Shown here piece after piece: positions 28,766-45,391 of a DNA stretch of 64,000 nucleotides. The DNA is taken from contig OZ024763.1 in assembly GCA_964016885.1 (NCBI GenBank), positions 29,202,001-29,266,000 of the forward strand, given 5' to 3'. How positions within the stretch are numbered: the stretch's first letter is position 1; each line of letters begins with the position of its first letter. This DNA is from Eledone cirrhosa (Eukaryota). The notes below the pieces were generated by a model, which did not search any database, had not been told where the DNA came from, and saw only the letters and a program-made list of their open reading frames with translations. The position numbers were made by a program, and so were the translations under genes.

Positions 28766-28843
28766 TAATAAATGTGAAGACTAAAACAGAAGATCCCGTT
28801 AAGGGTGAAAGCAGCGATTCTTTGCTTAAACTTTAATCTGTTA

Positions 28844-28889
<46 letters not shown>

Positions 28890-28918
28890 TATATATATAT
28901 ATTCACTTATATATATAT

Positions 28919-29064
<146 letters not shown>

Positions 29065-29125
29065 CTGAATACACGCGTGCTTATTCTCAAGACTATTATT
29101 CCGTTCTACCAATTATTACTCACTA

Positions 29126-29162
29126 TCTTCTGATGAAGGACTAGTTGTCCGAAACATAAGGA
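29126..29162 (+). ncRNA. Minimal type-I hammerhead ribozyme motif in a Penelope-LTR-like island
   Basis: tctt-CTGATGA-a-ggac-tagtt-gtcc-GAAAC-ata-agga: core boxes, 4-bp stem II, 4-bp stem I. Stem III reads ac-at (probably CpG-decayed acgt), so activity is uncertain. Confidence 0.7.
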
Positions 29163-29301
29163 CACATTTCCTCAAATATCAAGTGTTAAACTAATATATT
29201 TCTTTGCTGTACTGTGTTATTTGTTTCCGTTTATTTTTGTGTGTACACACACACAAATATATATATATATATAAGGAAACGTATAAATGAATATATATAT
29301 A

Positions 29302-29351
<50 letters not shown>

Positions 29352-29415
29352 GCGGGTTCAATCGAGGGTAAGTAAGATAGACTCAGTACATAGGACAGTA
29401 TATATATACACATAA

Positions 29416-29444
<29 letters not shown>

Positions 29445-29446
<2 letters not shown>

Positions 29447-29648
29447 GCGACGGAAAAGTGGTAAGGAACCAGGTGGACCATAACGCACCAAAGTACTCAA
29501 TACTTAGGGTAGTAGAGTGGGTAATAGGAGTAAGTAAGACCCCGACGGCTGAGCTCAAGCCGTTTCGACGGCTAATTCTGTACTGCTAATTCAGTACAGA
29601 ATTAGACGTCGAAACGGCTTGAGCTCAGCCGTCGGGGTCTTACTTACT

Positions 29649-29653
<5 letters not shown>
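29445..29653 (+). mobile_element. Fold-back short element, family X, copy 1, within (TA)n
   Basis: Body ggtaaggaaccaggtggaccataacgcaccaaagtactcaatacttagggtagtagagtggg, then 62-bp arms 29524-29585 / 29592-29653 with one mismatch. Confidence 0.8.
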
Positions 29654-29715
<62 letters not shown>

Positions 29716-29717
<2 letters not shown>

Positions 29718-29809
29718 GAAATGGCTTCTGTTTCATTCGAAGGAAATCATCAGGAAAGCCCTTTCTGATAATTTCCTTCCAATGAGACAGTTCTAGTCCT
29801 ATAGAAGCC

Positions 29810-29816
<7 letters not shown>
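29716..29816. mobile_element. Fold-back hairpin of family Y with hammerhead-like core
   Basis: tagaaatggcttct...agaagccatttcta inverted repeat; minus strand reads CTGATGA-tttc-cttc-gaat-GAAAC; Y-type body lies at 29351-29402. Confidence 0.7.
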
Positions 29817-29905
<89 letters not shown>

Positions 29906-30210
29906 TTACATCCATCTATCCCTCTACACAGTTTCACGGCGCTCCAGCTAAGCTATATAACCAGCCTGCCAAACAAACATACACGCCAGCCAGCCAGCCA
30001 CCAATCCCACTACACAGACCATCTACTAAAAGAAATAAAAGAATTTCCAAGAAAGGCCTCCTGGCCTCTTAAATAGCAGCTTTGATTGTTCCCACACGTG
30101 ACACGTTTTTTGAATAGCTACAACAACCCGTTGACGAGGAGTCGGTCACGCACGCGCATTACTCTGTTTCATATTGAGACTCTGGTGATAATGGTCGTGA
30201 TAAAGACCAA

Positions 30211-30211
<1 letters not shown>

Positions 30212-30290
<79 letters not shown>

Positions 30291-30303
30291 GTATATATAT
30301 AAA

Positions 30304-30345
<42 letters not shown>

Positions 30346-30400
30346 CTATATATGTATATATATAAAATATATATATATATGTATTATATATATATATATG

Positions 30401-30445
<45 letters not shown>

Positions 30446-30497
30446 TATATATCTATATATGTATATATATAAAATATATATATATGTATATTTATAT

Positions 30498-30552
<55 letters not shown>

Positions 30553-30613
30553 TAGATATGTATATATATATATATAAAATATATATATGTATATATATAT
30601 ATATATATAAAAA

Positions 30614-30700
<87 letters not shown>

Positions 30701-30751
30701 TATATATGTATATATATAAAATATATATCTATGTATATATATAAAATATGT

Positions 30752-30801
<50 letters not shown>

Positions 30802-30861
30802 GTATATAAGTATATAGATAGATAGATATGTGTGTGCGTATAAACATGAATATATGTGTGA

Positions 30862-30916
<55 letters not shown>

Positions 30917-31023
30917 CATATATACACACACACATATATATACATATACAAATGTGTAATTGAACATATGTAAATCTACATATAAAATACAAACTCACAT
31001 TACAGACATACACACACACACAC

Positions 31024-31092
<69 letters not shown>
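30212..31092. repeat. (TA)n/(TAAAATA)/(TG)n tract
   Basis: Directly visible. Confidence 0.95.
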
Positions 31093-31094
<2 letters not shown>

Positions 31095-31234
31095 AAAAAT
31101 AGTGGAGGGAGGGGGGGGGGGGGTGAACAAAAACACATCAAACCAATTATCGCTATGCCAAACATACGTGAACAAATAGTGAATGATCTGAACAACACAA
31201 GCAACACAAACAACAACAGCGACAACAGCAACAA

Positions 31235-31272
<38 letters not shown>

Positions 31273-31426
31273 AATCACAACGCCACCCTCCACCACACCA
31301 AAGTCACCAAAAATAACAACAACAACAACAACCACCCCCAACAACATCAACGAAACACCGACTTTGTCACCTACACCAATATAAACCCATCAACAACAAC
31401 AACAACAACAACAGCAAGCACCACCA

Positions 31427-31465
<39 letters not shown>

Positions 31466-31832
31466 TAATAATCACCAGCCTCCACCACAACAGCGTCAAC
31501 AAGAACAACACCAACACCAACACAACTAACAAAACAACACCTCGAGCTATATTAACTAACTAACAACAACAACAACAACAACAACCCATCATCATCATTA
31601 TATTCACCATCACCATCACCAACCTCATCAAGCCCCATCCTCCACAACAGAACCGACAACACAAGAAATATCTAGAAAAACGAGGACAATACTGCAGGGG
31701 TGTGAAAAAAACCCCCACAACTAATCCTGCTAACACATATTTGATGCAAATACGTGATGTTGGAAGATTTGAGGGCGGTTGGCAAAGAATAGATATATAG
31801 ATATATGTAAATATATATAAATGTTGAATATA

Positions 31833-31888
<56 letters not shown>

Positions 31889-31889
31889 T

Positions 31890-32584
<695 letters not shown>

Positions 32585-33607
32585 TACCTCCTTAGTCCGT
32601 AGAAGTTAACTAGATAAATAATCATTTAAAGGAGCTAACTTTAAAATGTAACTTTGTAGAAATAACAGATAAATGTCACAGACTTTCCTCTGTGAGGAAA
32701 AGTCAGATAAAATTTACCCAGTCTTTCCTCTTAGTCCGTAAAAATTAACTAGACATAATCAATTAAACGGAGCTAAATCTAAAATGTAATATATATGTCC
32801 GTCAAAGCATGGTGTCCTTCTACCGATAATGCCTAATGTGAGGTAAAGCCTTTAGAGTAATGTAAATATAATAGTATATATAGAGTAACGTAAATACTAA
32901 AGGGTTAATCGATCTGCCCCTCCTCTTCAAATTGCTGACCATGTGACTAAAGTAGAAACAATTGTAACGACTTTATCAATTCGTCTCCCTTTTTGGTTAC
33001 GATATCTGAGTGGAATTCTTTGATAAATTTGTCAGTCAGCCAGGAAAAAGAATGTCCCAGATTCTTACAGCCCCGTGTCGTTGTCACAGACCGGATTTTG
33101 GCCTGTTTGTATATACCATTTATTTTCAGTTTTGATGTGGAAAGTGTTTACCAACTGCCCAATCGATGCATACAGCTGTCTATCCAACGAGCCAGTAACA
33201 TCGCTGGATATAAATGCTATCCCTGGCAGGACTCGGAAACGAGTAATGAAATGGTTGAGTATTCCTTTAATTTCGTTGCACAGACTACAATTAATGTTAA
33301 AATTTCCATCGGTTTTATCCGTTTATTTTGATAGTATTTTTTTTCTTTTTCTTTTTCTATTTATGTACGAATAAAATCAGACATTTTGTATTGCATAAAA
33401 CTTCAGTTGATGTTAACATAACAGTTTACTTAGACATCGCTTTTGTACAGCTAAAATCAGACCTTCAGTTTCCGGTTTATATCTAGAGCTTTTAACCAAT
33501 GTTTTCTTTCATATTGGCTCACTTCCGCTCTGTCCAGTCTTGCATAATACTGACCACGAAAGGTTTTATTATTTTTTTCCCTTCTTTCGCCGTTTAGGTA
33601 TGGCGAT

Positions 33608-34030
33608 TAATTGTTACGAACCGTCAAGGCGTAGGATGAGTTAGATGAATTAGATGTCTCGGTATTTGTACTAGGTCTCTGAGCCCTGCGTTCAAATCGC
33701 GTTGATGCCAAATTTGCCTTTAATTCTTTTACTCGATCGGAAAATAAATATAATTATTACGAACCGTCAGGGCATAGGATTAGTTAGATGAATTAGATGT
33801 CTCGGTATTTGTACTAGGTCTCTGCTTTCTGCGTTCAAATCTCGTTCATACCAAACTTACTTTTAATTCTTTTACTAGATCGAAAAATAAATCTAATTGT
33901 TACGAATCGTTGGAGTGAAGGATTAGTAAGATACCACGGTATTTGTACTAATTCTCTGTACTCTACGTTCACATCTCGTTGCGGTCAACTTTGTCTTTAA
34001 TTTTGTTTTCTAAATTGATAAATAAATTAC
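33608..34030 (+). repeat. Three tandem ~143-bp units derived from an old SINE-A-like element
   Basis: aattgttacgaa...cggtatttgtacta...cgttcaaatc...tttgcctttaattctttt at about 33609, 33752 and 33895; B-box-like gttcaaatc. Confidence 0.75.
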
Positions 34031-34119
34031 AAGTCCGGTACTGAGGTCGATACATTCTGTATCTCTCTCTCTATATATATTTTTCTTTCGTTCTCTCTCT
34101 TTCCTATTCGCTGGAAAAA

Positions 34120-35350
34120 ATCGGCTGAGTATCGACCTGGAAAGCAATAAGTTCCGTCAGGTTTCAGTACACTCAGCTGAAAATGAGTACTCGCAGTAGC
34201 TGAATGATGAACTGGTATCCTGTCCAGGTGAGCGGGAAGTCTTGAACTCTCAGTCACTTAATGCCAAGATAACCAGGATAAGCAACGGTCTGATTAGTCT
34301 CTGGGCTTGAGACACACTTTAACTCTAAGGTGGACTTACATCCTCTCCAGGGTTGTGTCTTGAACTCTCTGCCACTAAAACCGGAATGAGCACCTGTCTG
34401 ATGAACCTTCGGGCCCGAGACAAACGTTAATCCAGTGATGGACTGGCGCCCTGTCTATAGTTGTGTCTTGGACTCTGGGCTCGAGAGAGACATTAACCCA
34501 ATGATAGACTGGCCCCATATCTATGATGGTATTTTGAAGTCTCGGCTCAAGACGGATTTTAGTCCTATGATGGACTGGCGCCCTGTCTATAGTTGTCTTG
34601 ATCACTGGTCCCGAGCCAAAGTTTAACCCCATGAAGGACTGGCGTTCTGTCTATGGCTGTGTCTTGCGCTCTCAGTCGCTTAATGAGAAGAAAAACGGGA
34701 TAAGCACCGGTCTAATGAGCCTCCGGGCTTGAGATAGACTTTAACCCTGTGATGGACTGGCGCCCTGTCTACGGTCGTTTCTAAAACTCTGGGCTCAACT
34801 GGCACCTTGTCTATAGTTGTGTCTTGGACTCTGGGTTCCAGACAGATTTTAACCCTGACATGGACTGGCTCCCTGTCTATGGTCGTTTATTGAACTCTGG
34901 GCTCAACTGGCGCCTTGTGTATGGTCGTTTCTTGAACTCTGGGCTCCAACCAGACTTTAACCCTGTGATGGACTGGCGCCCTGTCTATGGTCGTTTCCTG
35001 AACTCTGGGCTTCAACCAGACTTCAACCCTGTGATGGACTGGCGCCCTGTCTATGGTCGTTTCTTAAACTCTGGGCTCCAACCAGACTTTAATCCTGTGA
35101 TGGACTGGCGCCCTGTTTATGGTCGTTTTTTGAACTCTGGGCTCCAACGAGACATTAACCCTGTAACGGACTGGCGCCCTGTCTATGGTCATTTATTGAA
35201 CCCTGGGCACCAACCAGAGATTAACCCTGTGATGGACTGGCGCTCTGTCTGTGGTCGTTTATTAAACTCTGGGCGCGAGACAGACTTTAACCCTGTGATG
35301 GAATGGCGCCCTGTCTATGTTTGTGTCTTGAACTCTGGCTTTCAGCCAGA
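34120..35350 (+). repeat. SINE 3' region (family B) expanded into a 66-bp minisatellite
   Basis: Parent-like segment gtacactcagctgaaaatgagtac...tcctgtccagg...aaccaggataagc...gggcttgagacacactttaac, then units ctgggctccaaccagactttaaccctgtgatggactggcgccctgtctatggtcgtttcttgaact (gatgg at 34967, 35033, ...). Confidence 0.85.
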
Positions 35351-36047
35351 CTTAAGATCGTGAGCCAAACACATTAACCACTAATTCACACTCTTTCACG
35401 GCAAAACAATAGCTACACAGACAAGGAATCAAATATCAGTCATTTGTTGATTTATATCCCTGTTATATGCCTGTTGATTGATCACCTTGAACGGGGGTTC
35501 GAAATCAGTCTCCGTTATGATTAAAGATATTTTTCGTATGGAATTACAAAAGTCTGACATTTTGTTTTGAGTTTTTCCCATTTATTTTTCCTATTATTTT
35601 TAATTTCTTGTGATTTTTTTTGATTTTTCAACCATCACAGTTTTGTATTTTTTCCAACATCAACAATACGGTATAAAATTTCAAAATCAGACATTTTGTA
35701 AGAGTATTTTTTTAAATATGCTTTTCTATTTTTTCCCCATGGTTTTCTCACATCGTTGTTTTCATATTGTTGGTTGGTTGGTTGGTTGGTTGTTGTTGTG
35801 GTTTTGTGTTATGGTAAGATGATGTTTGTATAATCATTTTGTAAATGTTTGGATTATTTTGATGGCGTTTTGTTTATAAATATAATTTTTCTTTCCTTAA
35901 ACTCTCTCTCTCTCTGACACTTTCATTCTTCAGAAATCGTTAGAGTTATGTGTACGTTTAAGAGTGTGTCTATATGCAGGCATTTATATATGTACGTATG
36001 TATATATGGATATATCGACCTTATACTGCTCGATTATGTATGTGTAT

Positions 36048-37608
<1,561 letters not shown>

Positions 37609-37875
37609 ACAAGTAGATGGACCGTCATGCACATGTTTTACACATAATTATTCTTTGTGGTAATTTCCAGCTATTTCCACTCTGTATATATTATTGTCTT
37701 CTTCATGTTTCTGATACTACTGTGGCTCCATCTATCTTTTCCTTATTGTCTCCCCTTCTTCTTAACGTTCCTTCGAATACATTTATTTTTTTCTTATTTC
37801 TTTATATACGTTTTAATGTTGTTTACAATATTGTCATTTTTTTTTGTTGATTTAGTTGATCATTATTTGTTTTTT

Positions 37876-38745
37876 TGGCAGTATCGGTAGAGGGTCGGAC
37901 GCCATGCTTTCCAGTATAGTTACGTCCCTTTACGATCTGAGTTCAAATCCCGCCGAGGTTGACTTTGCCTTTCATCCTTACGGGGTCGATAAAATAAAGT
38001 ACCAGTAATGCACTGGGTTATTGCTGGCCTTGTGCCTAACGTAGAAACAATTATTTGTTTTTGTTTTACATCAGTATATTAGCATGCATAGAGTTACGGC
38101 CCTTTATGGTCTGAGTTCAAATCCCGCCAAGGTTAGCTTTGCCTTTCATCCTTATGGGTTCGATAAAATAAAGTACCAGTGTCACGCACTGGGGTCGAAT
38201 TAATCGACTTTCCCCTCCCCAAAATTGCTGGCCTTGTGCCTATATAAAAAAACCATTATTCAGGTTCGTTAGAGCATCAGACGCCAATCTTTGCAGCAAA
38301 GGAGTTACGTCCCTTTACGTTGTTAGTTCAAATCCCAACGAGGTTAACTTTACCTTTCATCCTTACGGGGTCGATAAAATAAAGTACCAGTCACGCACTG
38401 GGGTCGATTTAATCGACTTTCAAAATTGCTGGCCTTGTATTAATACTATTATTATTGGCAGTATCAGCATAGTTACGTCCCTTTACGATCTGAGTTCAAA
38501 TCCCGCCGAGGTTAACTTTGCCTTTCATTCTTACGAGGTCGATAAAATAAAGTACCAGTAATGTACTGGGGTAATTGCTGGCCTTGTACCAAACGTAGAA
38601 ACAATTATTATTGAAGGTGGATTGGCAGTATCAGTAGAGCGTTCGACGTCATGCTTCGCAGCTATAGAGTTACGGCCCTTTTTATTCTGAGATCAAATCC
38701 TGTCGAGGTTAACTTTGGCTTACATCCTTACGGGGATCGATGAAT
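37876..38745 (+). mobile_element. Five head-to-tail SINE family A copies
   Basis: Copies at about 37876-38055, 38085-38245, 38265-38440, 38455-38610 and 38615-38745, each with a B-box and most or all of the core. Confidence 0.92.
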
Positions 38746-38771
38746 CAAAGAACCAGATACATATCTATGTT

Positions 38772-38812
<41 letters not shown>

Positions 38813-38919
38813 CTCTATATTTCATCTATACGCATTACTTACATTATTTAACTCTTACAAAGGAAACGAAAGTTTCTCTGTTCAAGTGTATATAACATAC
38901 AATAAATGTATGTATAAAT

Positions 38920-38959
<40 letters not shown>

Positions 38960-38963
38960 TGTG

Positions 38964-38998
<35 letters not shown>

Positions 38999-39089
38999 AC
39001 ATGTATGTATATTGGTCTATTTATTGGCATTCTATGCTTTCAAGACCCTGAAAAAGCCGAAGTGTTAAGCAGCCATGATTGTGGCGACT

Positions 39090-40335
39090 TTTGGGCGGTG
39101 ATGGTGTTGGCAGTGATGATGGTGGTGTTTTATGTTGGTGCCCATGGTCGTAATGGTGGTGGTATGGTGGTGGTGGTGGTGGCATTTTTTGTGGTGGAGG
39201 TGGTGGTGGTTCAGTGTGATGGTGTTGGTGTTGGCAGTGATGATGGTGGTGTTTTATGTTGGTGTCCATAGTCGTAATGGTGGTGGTGTGGTGGCGTTGG
39301 TTGTGGTGGTGGTGGTGGTTGTGCTGGTTGTGGTGGTTTTGGTGGAGGTGGTGGTGGATGTTTGGTGGTTGTGATGGTGTTGGCAGCGATGATGGTTGTA
39401 ATGGTGGTGGTGGTGGTGGTGGTGGTGTTGGTGGTGCTGGCGTTTGTTATGGTGGTGGTGGTGGTGGAGGTAGTGGTGGTGGAGGTGGTGGTGGATGTTT
39501 GGTGATGGTGATAGGGTTGGCAGTGATTGTGGTGGTGGAGGACGAGGTCGTGGTGTTGGTGTTGGTGTTTGTTATAGTGGTGGTGGTTGTGTTGGTGGTG
39601 GACTTGTTAGTGTTGGTGGTGGTGGTGGCTGTATTGGTAGTGATGGAGGTGGTCGAGGAGGTGGTGGCGGTTGTAGTGATGGTGGAGGACGAGGTTTGTG
39701 GCGGAGGAGGAGGTGGTGTTGGTGGTGTTTGTGGTGGTGGTTGTGGTGTTTGTGGAGGTCGTTGTGGTGGTGATGGCGTAGGAGGAGGTGGTGATGGTGG
39801 AGGACGAGGTTTGTGGCGGAGGAGGAGGTGGCGTTGGTGGTGTTTGTGGTGGTGGTTGTGGTGTTCGTGGCGTTTGTGGTGGTTATGGTGGAGGAGGGGT
39901 GGTGATGGTGGAGGAGGAGGTGATGATGGTGGTGGAGGAGGAGGTGATGATGGTGGAGGACGAGGTTGTGATGGAGGAGGTGGTGGAGGTTGTGATGGAG
40001 GAGGTGGTGATGGTGGGGGAGGGGGTGGTGATGGTGGAGGACGAGGTTGTGATGGTGGAGGTGGTGGAGGTTGTGATGGAGGAGGTGGTGGAGGTTGTGA
40101 TGGAGGAGGTGGTGGAGGTTGTGATGGAGGAGGTGGTGGAGGTTGTGATGGAGGAGGTGGTGGAGGTTGTGATGGAGGAGGTGGTGGAGGTTGTGATGGA
40201 GGAGGTGGTGGAGGTTGTGATGGAGGAGGTGGTGGAGGTTGTGATGGAGGAGGTGGAGGAGGTGGTGATGGTGGAGGACGAGGTTGTGATGGAGGAGGTG
40301 GTGGAGGTTGTGATGGAGGAGGTGGTGGTGTTAGT
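39090..40335. repeat. (GGT/GGA)n region with a 24-bp minisatellite ggaggaggtggtggaggttgtgat
   Basis: Directly visible; source of the Gly-rich ORF 39256..40392. Confidence 0.9.
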
Positions 40336-40497
40336 GGATTCCTAAACGTGTTTACAGTCGAGTTTATTAGATTTCAACCGTGCCAACCTTAAAAAGACAT
40401 TTCATTTAGTCTGGATAGATGGCTTTGAGCCCCGACCATCCCCCCCCCACCACCAGCCCTCTCTATACACACAGCACCAACCACTTCTCCTACAAAG

Positions 40498-40563
40498 TTA
40501 TATACACACACATATATATATATATGCACACGCACATATATATATACATACACACATATATAT

Positions 40564-40610
<47 letters not shown>

Positions 40611-40615
40611 TATAT

Positions 40616-40668
<53 letters not shown>

Positions 40669-40783
40669 TATATACACACACATATATACACATATATATA
40701 TATATATATATATAGACACATACACATATATATATGCACACACGCACACACATATACACACACACACATATATACACACAGAC

Positions 40784-40816
<33 letters not shown>

Positions 40817-40874
40817 CACATATATATATACACACACGCACACACATATACACACACACACATATATACACACA

Positions 40875-40934
<60 letters not shown>

Positions 40935-41395
40935 TGTGTATACATATATACATATGTGTGTATACACGCAGTGCACAGGCGCATTCACACACCAATGTAT
41001 TCACAGGCAATGTAGAACACGCAGACATACACACATGTAATTATATAACATACATACATACATACATACATACATACATACATACATACATACATACATA
41101 CATACATACATACATACATACATACATAAAACACATTTCTTTTTTCATTTATATAAACACGGAGACGAACTGTGAAAGCAAAAACAGTCATACTTAAACG
41201 CACACACACACACCACTTTTACACACACACACACACACACACATATATACACACACATATATATATACACACCACCTTTACATACACACGTACTCACACA
41301 CTTCATGTATATATATATATATATGTTACACACAGACGTAATTATAGACACATATTACACACACACACACACACATATATATATATGTGTACACA
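40498..41395. repeat. (TA)/(CA)/(TACA)n microsatellites
   Basis: Directly visible. Confidence 0.92.
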
Positions 41396-41439
41396 AACGC
41401 ACTGAAGTTGTCATTCTAGCATTTCTCGTATCACCAAGA

Positions 41440-42019
41440 TCACCGCCACCAAAATCACAACCACCACCACCACCACCACCACCAAAATCACAACCACCAC
41501 CACCACCACCACCACCAAAATCACAACCACCACCACCACCACCACCACCACCACCAAAATGACAACCACCACCGCCACCACCACCACCAAAATGACAACC
41601 ACCACCACCACCACCACCACCAAAATGACAACCACCACCACCACCACCAAAATGAGAACCACCACCACCACCACCACCACCACCACCACCACCACCACTA
41701 ACATCAATTCAATATACCATTGATACTAGCACGACTACTCCATTACCAAATCCATTGGTATTATCACCACAATACTACAACCAAAGCCACCATTGTCCCT
41801 ACCACTACCACTACTACTTCTACCTACACCACCACCATTGCCACTACCACGACAAAATCTAACCACCACCACCACTACTACCTAAACAATCACCATTGGT
41901 ATTATAACCATATTACTACTACCACAACGACTACCATTGGCAATACCACCACACCACTACTACCTACACCACTACCATTGCCACTACCATGACGAAATCT
42001 AACTACTACGACAATATGA

Positions 42020-42056
<37 letters not shown>

Positions 42057-42156
42057 TTACTACTACTACTACCAAAACTACAAACATTGCCTATACTACC
42101 AAAACCACCATCTAAACTACCACGACCAAATCTAACCACTACCAGCCACCACCTGA

Positions 42157-42209
<53 letters not shown>

Positions 42210-42293
42210 CAAAACTACAAACATTGCCTATACTACCAAAACCATCATCTAAACTACCACGACCAAATCTAACCACTACCAGCCACCACCTGA

Positions 42294-42346
<53 letters not shown>

Positions 42347-42495
42347 CAAAACCATCATCTAAACTACCACGACCAAATCTAACCACGACCAGCCACCACC
42401 TGAACTATTACTACTACTACTACTACTACTACTACTACCAAAACCACCATCTAAACTACCACGACCAAATCTAACCACTACCAGCCACCACCTGA

Positions 42496-42551
<56 letters not shown>

Positions 42552-42642
42552 CAAAACCATCATCTAAACTACCACGACCAAATCTAACCACGACCAGCCA
42601 CCACGTGAACTATTACTACTACTACTACTACTACTAGTACTA

Positions 42643-42689
<47 letters not shown>

Positions 42690-44225
42690 ACTGCTACCAA
42701 AACCACCACAATCTCCACCAAGACTATTACCACATCTAACTATTTCTCCTTATTCATCAGTCACAATTTCACACCACACCACACCACACCACACCACCCT
42801 ACACAACATCACACCATCATCACCACTCCGCCATCACATCACATTAACAGCACCACCCCATACAACCACCAGCAACGTCGACAACAGCATCAACAGCGTC
42901 ACACCTAAATAAGCAGGAGTCACCCATCCTTTTATAGGATAGGGAATCACCACCACCACCACTCTACCACCAACAGTAGCACAACCACCAACCACCACCA
43001 CACTACCACCACCACACTACCACCAACAGTAGCACAACCACCAACCACCACCACACTACCACCAACAGTAGCACAACCACCAACCACCACCACACTACCA
43101 CAAACAGTAGCACAACCACCAACCACCACCACACTACCACCAACAGTAGCACAACCACCAACCACCACCACACTACCACCAACAGTAGCACAACCACCAA
43201 CCACCACCACACTACCACCAACAGTAGCACAACCACCAACCACCACCACACTACCACCACCACACTACCACCAACAGTAGCACAACCACCAACCACCACC
43301 ACACTACCACCACCACACTACCACAAACAGTAGCACAACCACCAACTACCACCACACTACCACCACCACACTACCACCAACAGTAGCACAACCACCAACC
43401 ACCACCACACTACCACCACCACACTACCACAAACAGTAGCACAACCACCAACTACCACCACACTACCACAAACAGTAGCACAACAACCACCACCACCACA
43501 CTACCACCAGTAGCACAACAACCACCACCACCACACTACTACCAACAGTAGCACAACCACCAGCCCCAACACACCACCTACACAACCACCACCCCCAACA
43601 CACCACCTACACAACCACCACCACCACCACCACCACCACATCACCACCCCATCCTGACCCAGCACCCCACCACACCACCATGACCCCACACAAACGACAC
43701 CACCACCGCCAACACCAACATCAACAACATCACACCCAAATAACCAGGAATCACCCATCAAACCACACCACAACACCACACCACACCACACCACTACACC
43801 ACACCCAACCCCACCCCACCACCACACTACAACACTACACCACACCACCTCACCACACACCACCCCACCACCCCACCACAACACACCACAACAACACACC
43901 TCTACACCACACTACACAACCACCACTACACCACACCACACCACACACCACCCCACCACACCACCACACCAACAACACCACACCACAACACCACCACCAC
44001 CGCCCCACGCCACCCCACCACACTACCACACCCCAATACCACACCACCACACCACACGACACCTCTACACCACACTACACAACCACCACACCACACTACA
44101 CCTCTACACCACCACAGCACTACGCTACACCCCACCCCACCCCACCACACCACAACACTACACCACACCGCACAACCACACCACCACACCACCCCACCAC
44201 ACCACTACACCACCACACCAACATC
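41440..44225. repeat. (CAC)/(CTA)n region with minisatellites
   Basis: accaaaaccatcatctaaactaccacgaccaaatctaaccactaccagccaccacctgaacta x5 (42095-42620); 39-bp accaccacactaccaccaacagtagcacaaccacca-type units (42950-43560). Confidence 0.9.
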
Positions 44226-44365
44226 AACAACATCACACCTAAATAACCAGGAATCACCCATCCTTTTATAGGATACGGAATCGATTTTGTTACGTATTAC
44301 GTTTGAAATACAGATTTAAAACGTAATAGGCAGAGGAATGCAAACACCGTATTTCGTGAGGAGAC

Positions 44366-44412
<47 letters not shown>

Positions 44413-44502
44413 CTGTATGTATATATATATATATGAGAGAGAGAGGGGTGTATGTATGTGTGTGTGTATATATATACATATATGTATATGTATATCTGTA
44501 TG

Positions 44503-44536
<34 letters not shown>

Positions 44537-44566
44537 GGGTGTATGTATGTGTATATATATACATAG

Positions 44567-44610
<44 letters not shown>

Positions 44611-44664
44611 GTGAGAGAGAGTGGTGTATGTATGTGTGTGTGTTCCTTTGGGTATCTTACTATG

Positions 44665-44722
<58 letters not shown>

Positions 44723-44762
44723 TGTGTGTGCGTATATATATATATATATATGTGTGTGTGTC

Positions 44763-44807
<45 letters not shown>

Positions 44808-44808
44808 G

Positions 44809-44845
<37 letters not shown>

Positions 44846-44957
44846 AAGAGAGCTCGTGTGGTGCATCTTTGCGTATATACATATATATATATATATAATA
44901 TATATACTGTATATATAATATATACACTTGTGTCTATCTGTAGACACACACACACAC

Positions 44958-45044
<87 letters not shown>

Positions 45045-45159
45045 AAAGGTAAACAGAAATAACGACACAATCGGTACAGTATATGGAAGGAATATATTAC
45101 GTTAACGGTTCATATAGCAGGAAGAGGGTCTTAACATTTCGAACGGTGTGTCCATGTGT

Positions 45160-45210
<51 letters not shown>

Positions 45211-45218
<8 letters not shown>

Positions 45219-45391
45219 AAGAATCAAAGAGCTGTTCAAAACATTATTGTGCTTACAGCTGTTTCCTCCAAACCGAGGTTTGGATTCTTCGGAGCAATTT
45301 ATTAATGCATGGACAGTTATATGACCTCCTTTTCAGCCGAGAGACATACCGATACATATTCAAACATTGTGGGTCAACATTCATATAACTG
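45211..45391 (-). mobile_element. Penelope-LTR-like segment with hammerhead-like motif, copy 1
   Basis: Near-identical to 51545-51736. Minus strand 45296-45250 reads tgct-CCGAAGA-a-tccaaac-ctcg-gtttgga-g-GAAAC-agct-GTA-agca. Confidence 0.7.

Noticed and set aside
34396-34425. Hammerhead at ctgatgaaccttcgggcccgagac
   Set aside because: GAGAC instead of GAAAC and no stem I or III; it is part of the SINE tail.
39256-40392. Gly-rich (GGGGGGCD)n structural-protein-like ORF
   Set aside because: Arises from a GGT/GGA minisatellite open in multiple frames; no credible start or signal peptide. Cannot be fully excluded without RNA data.
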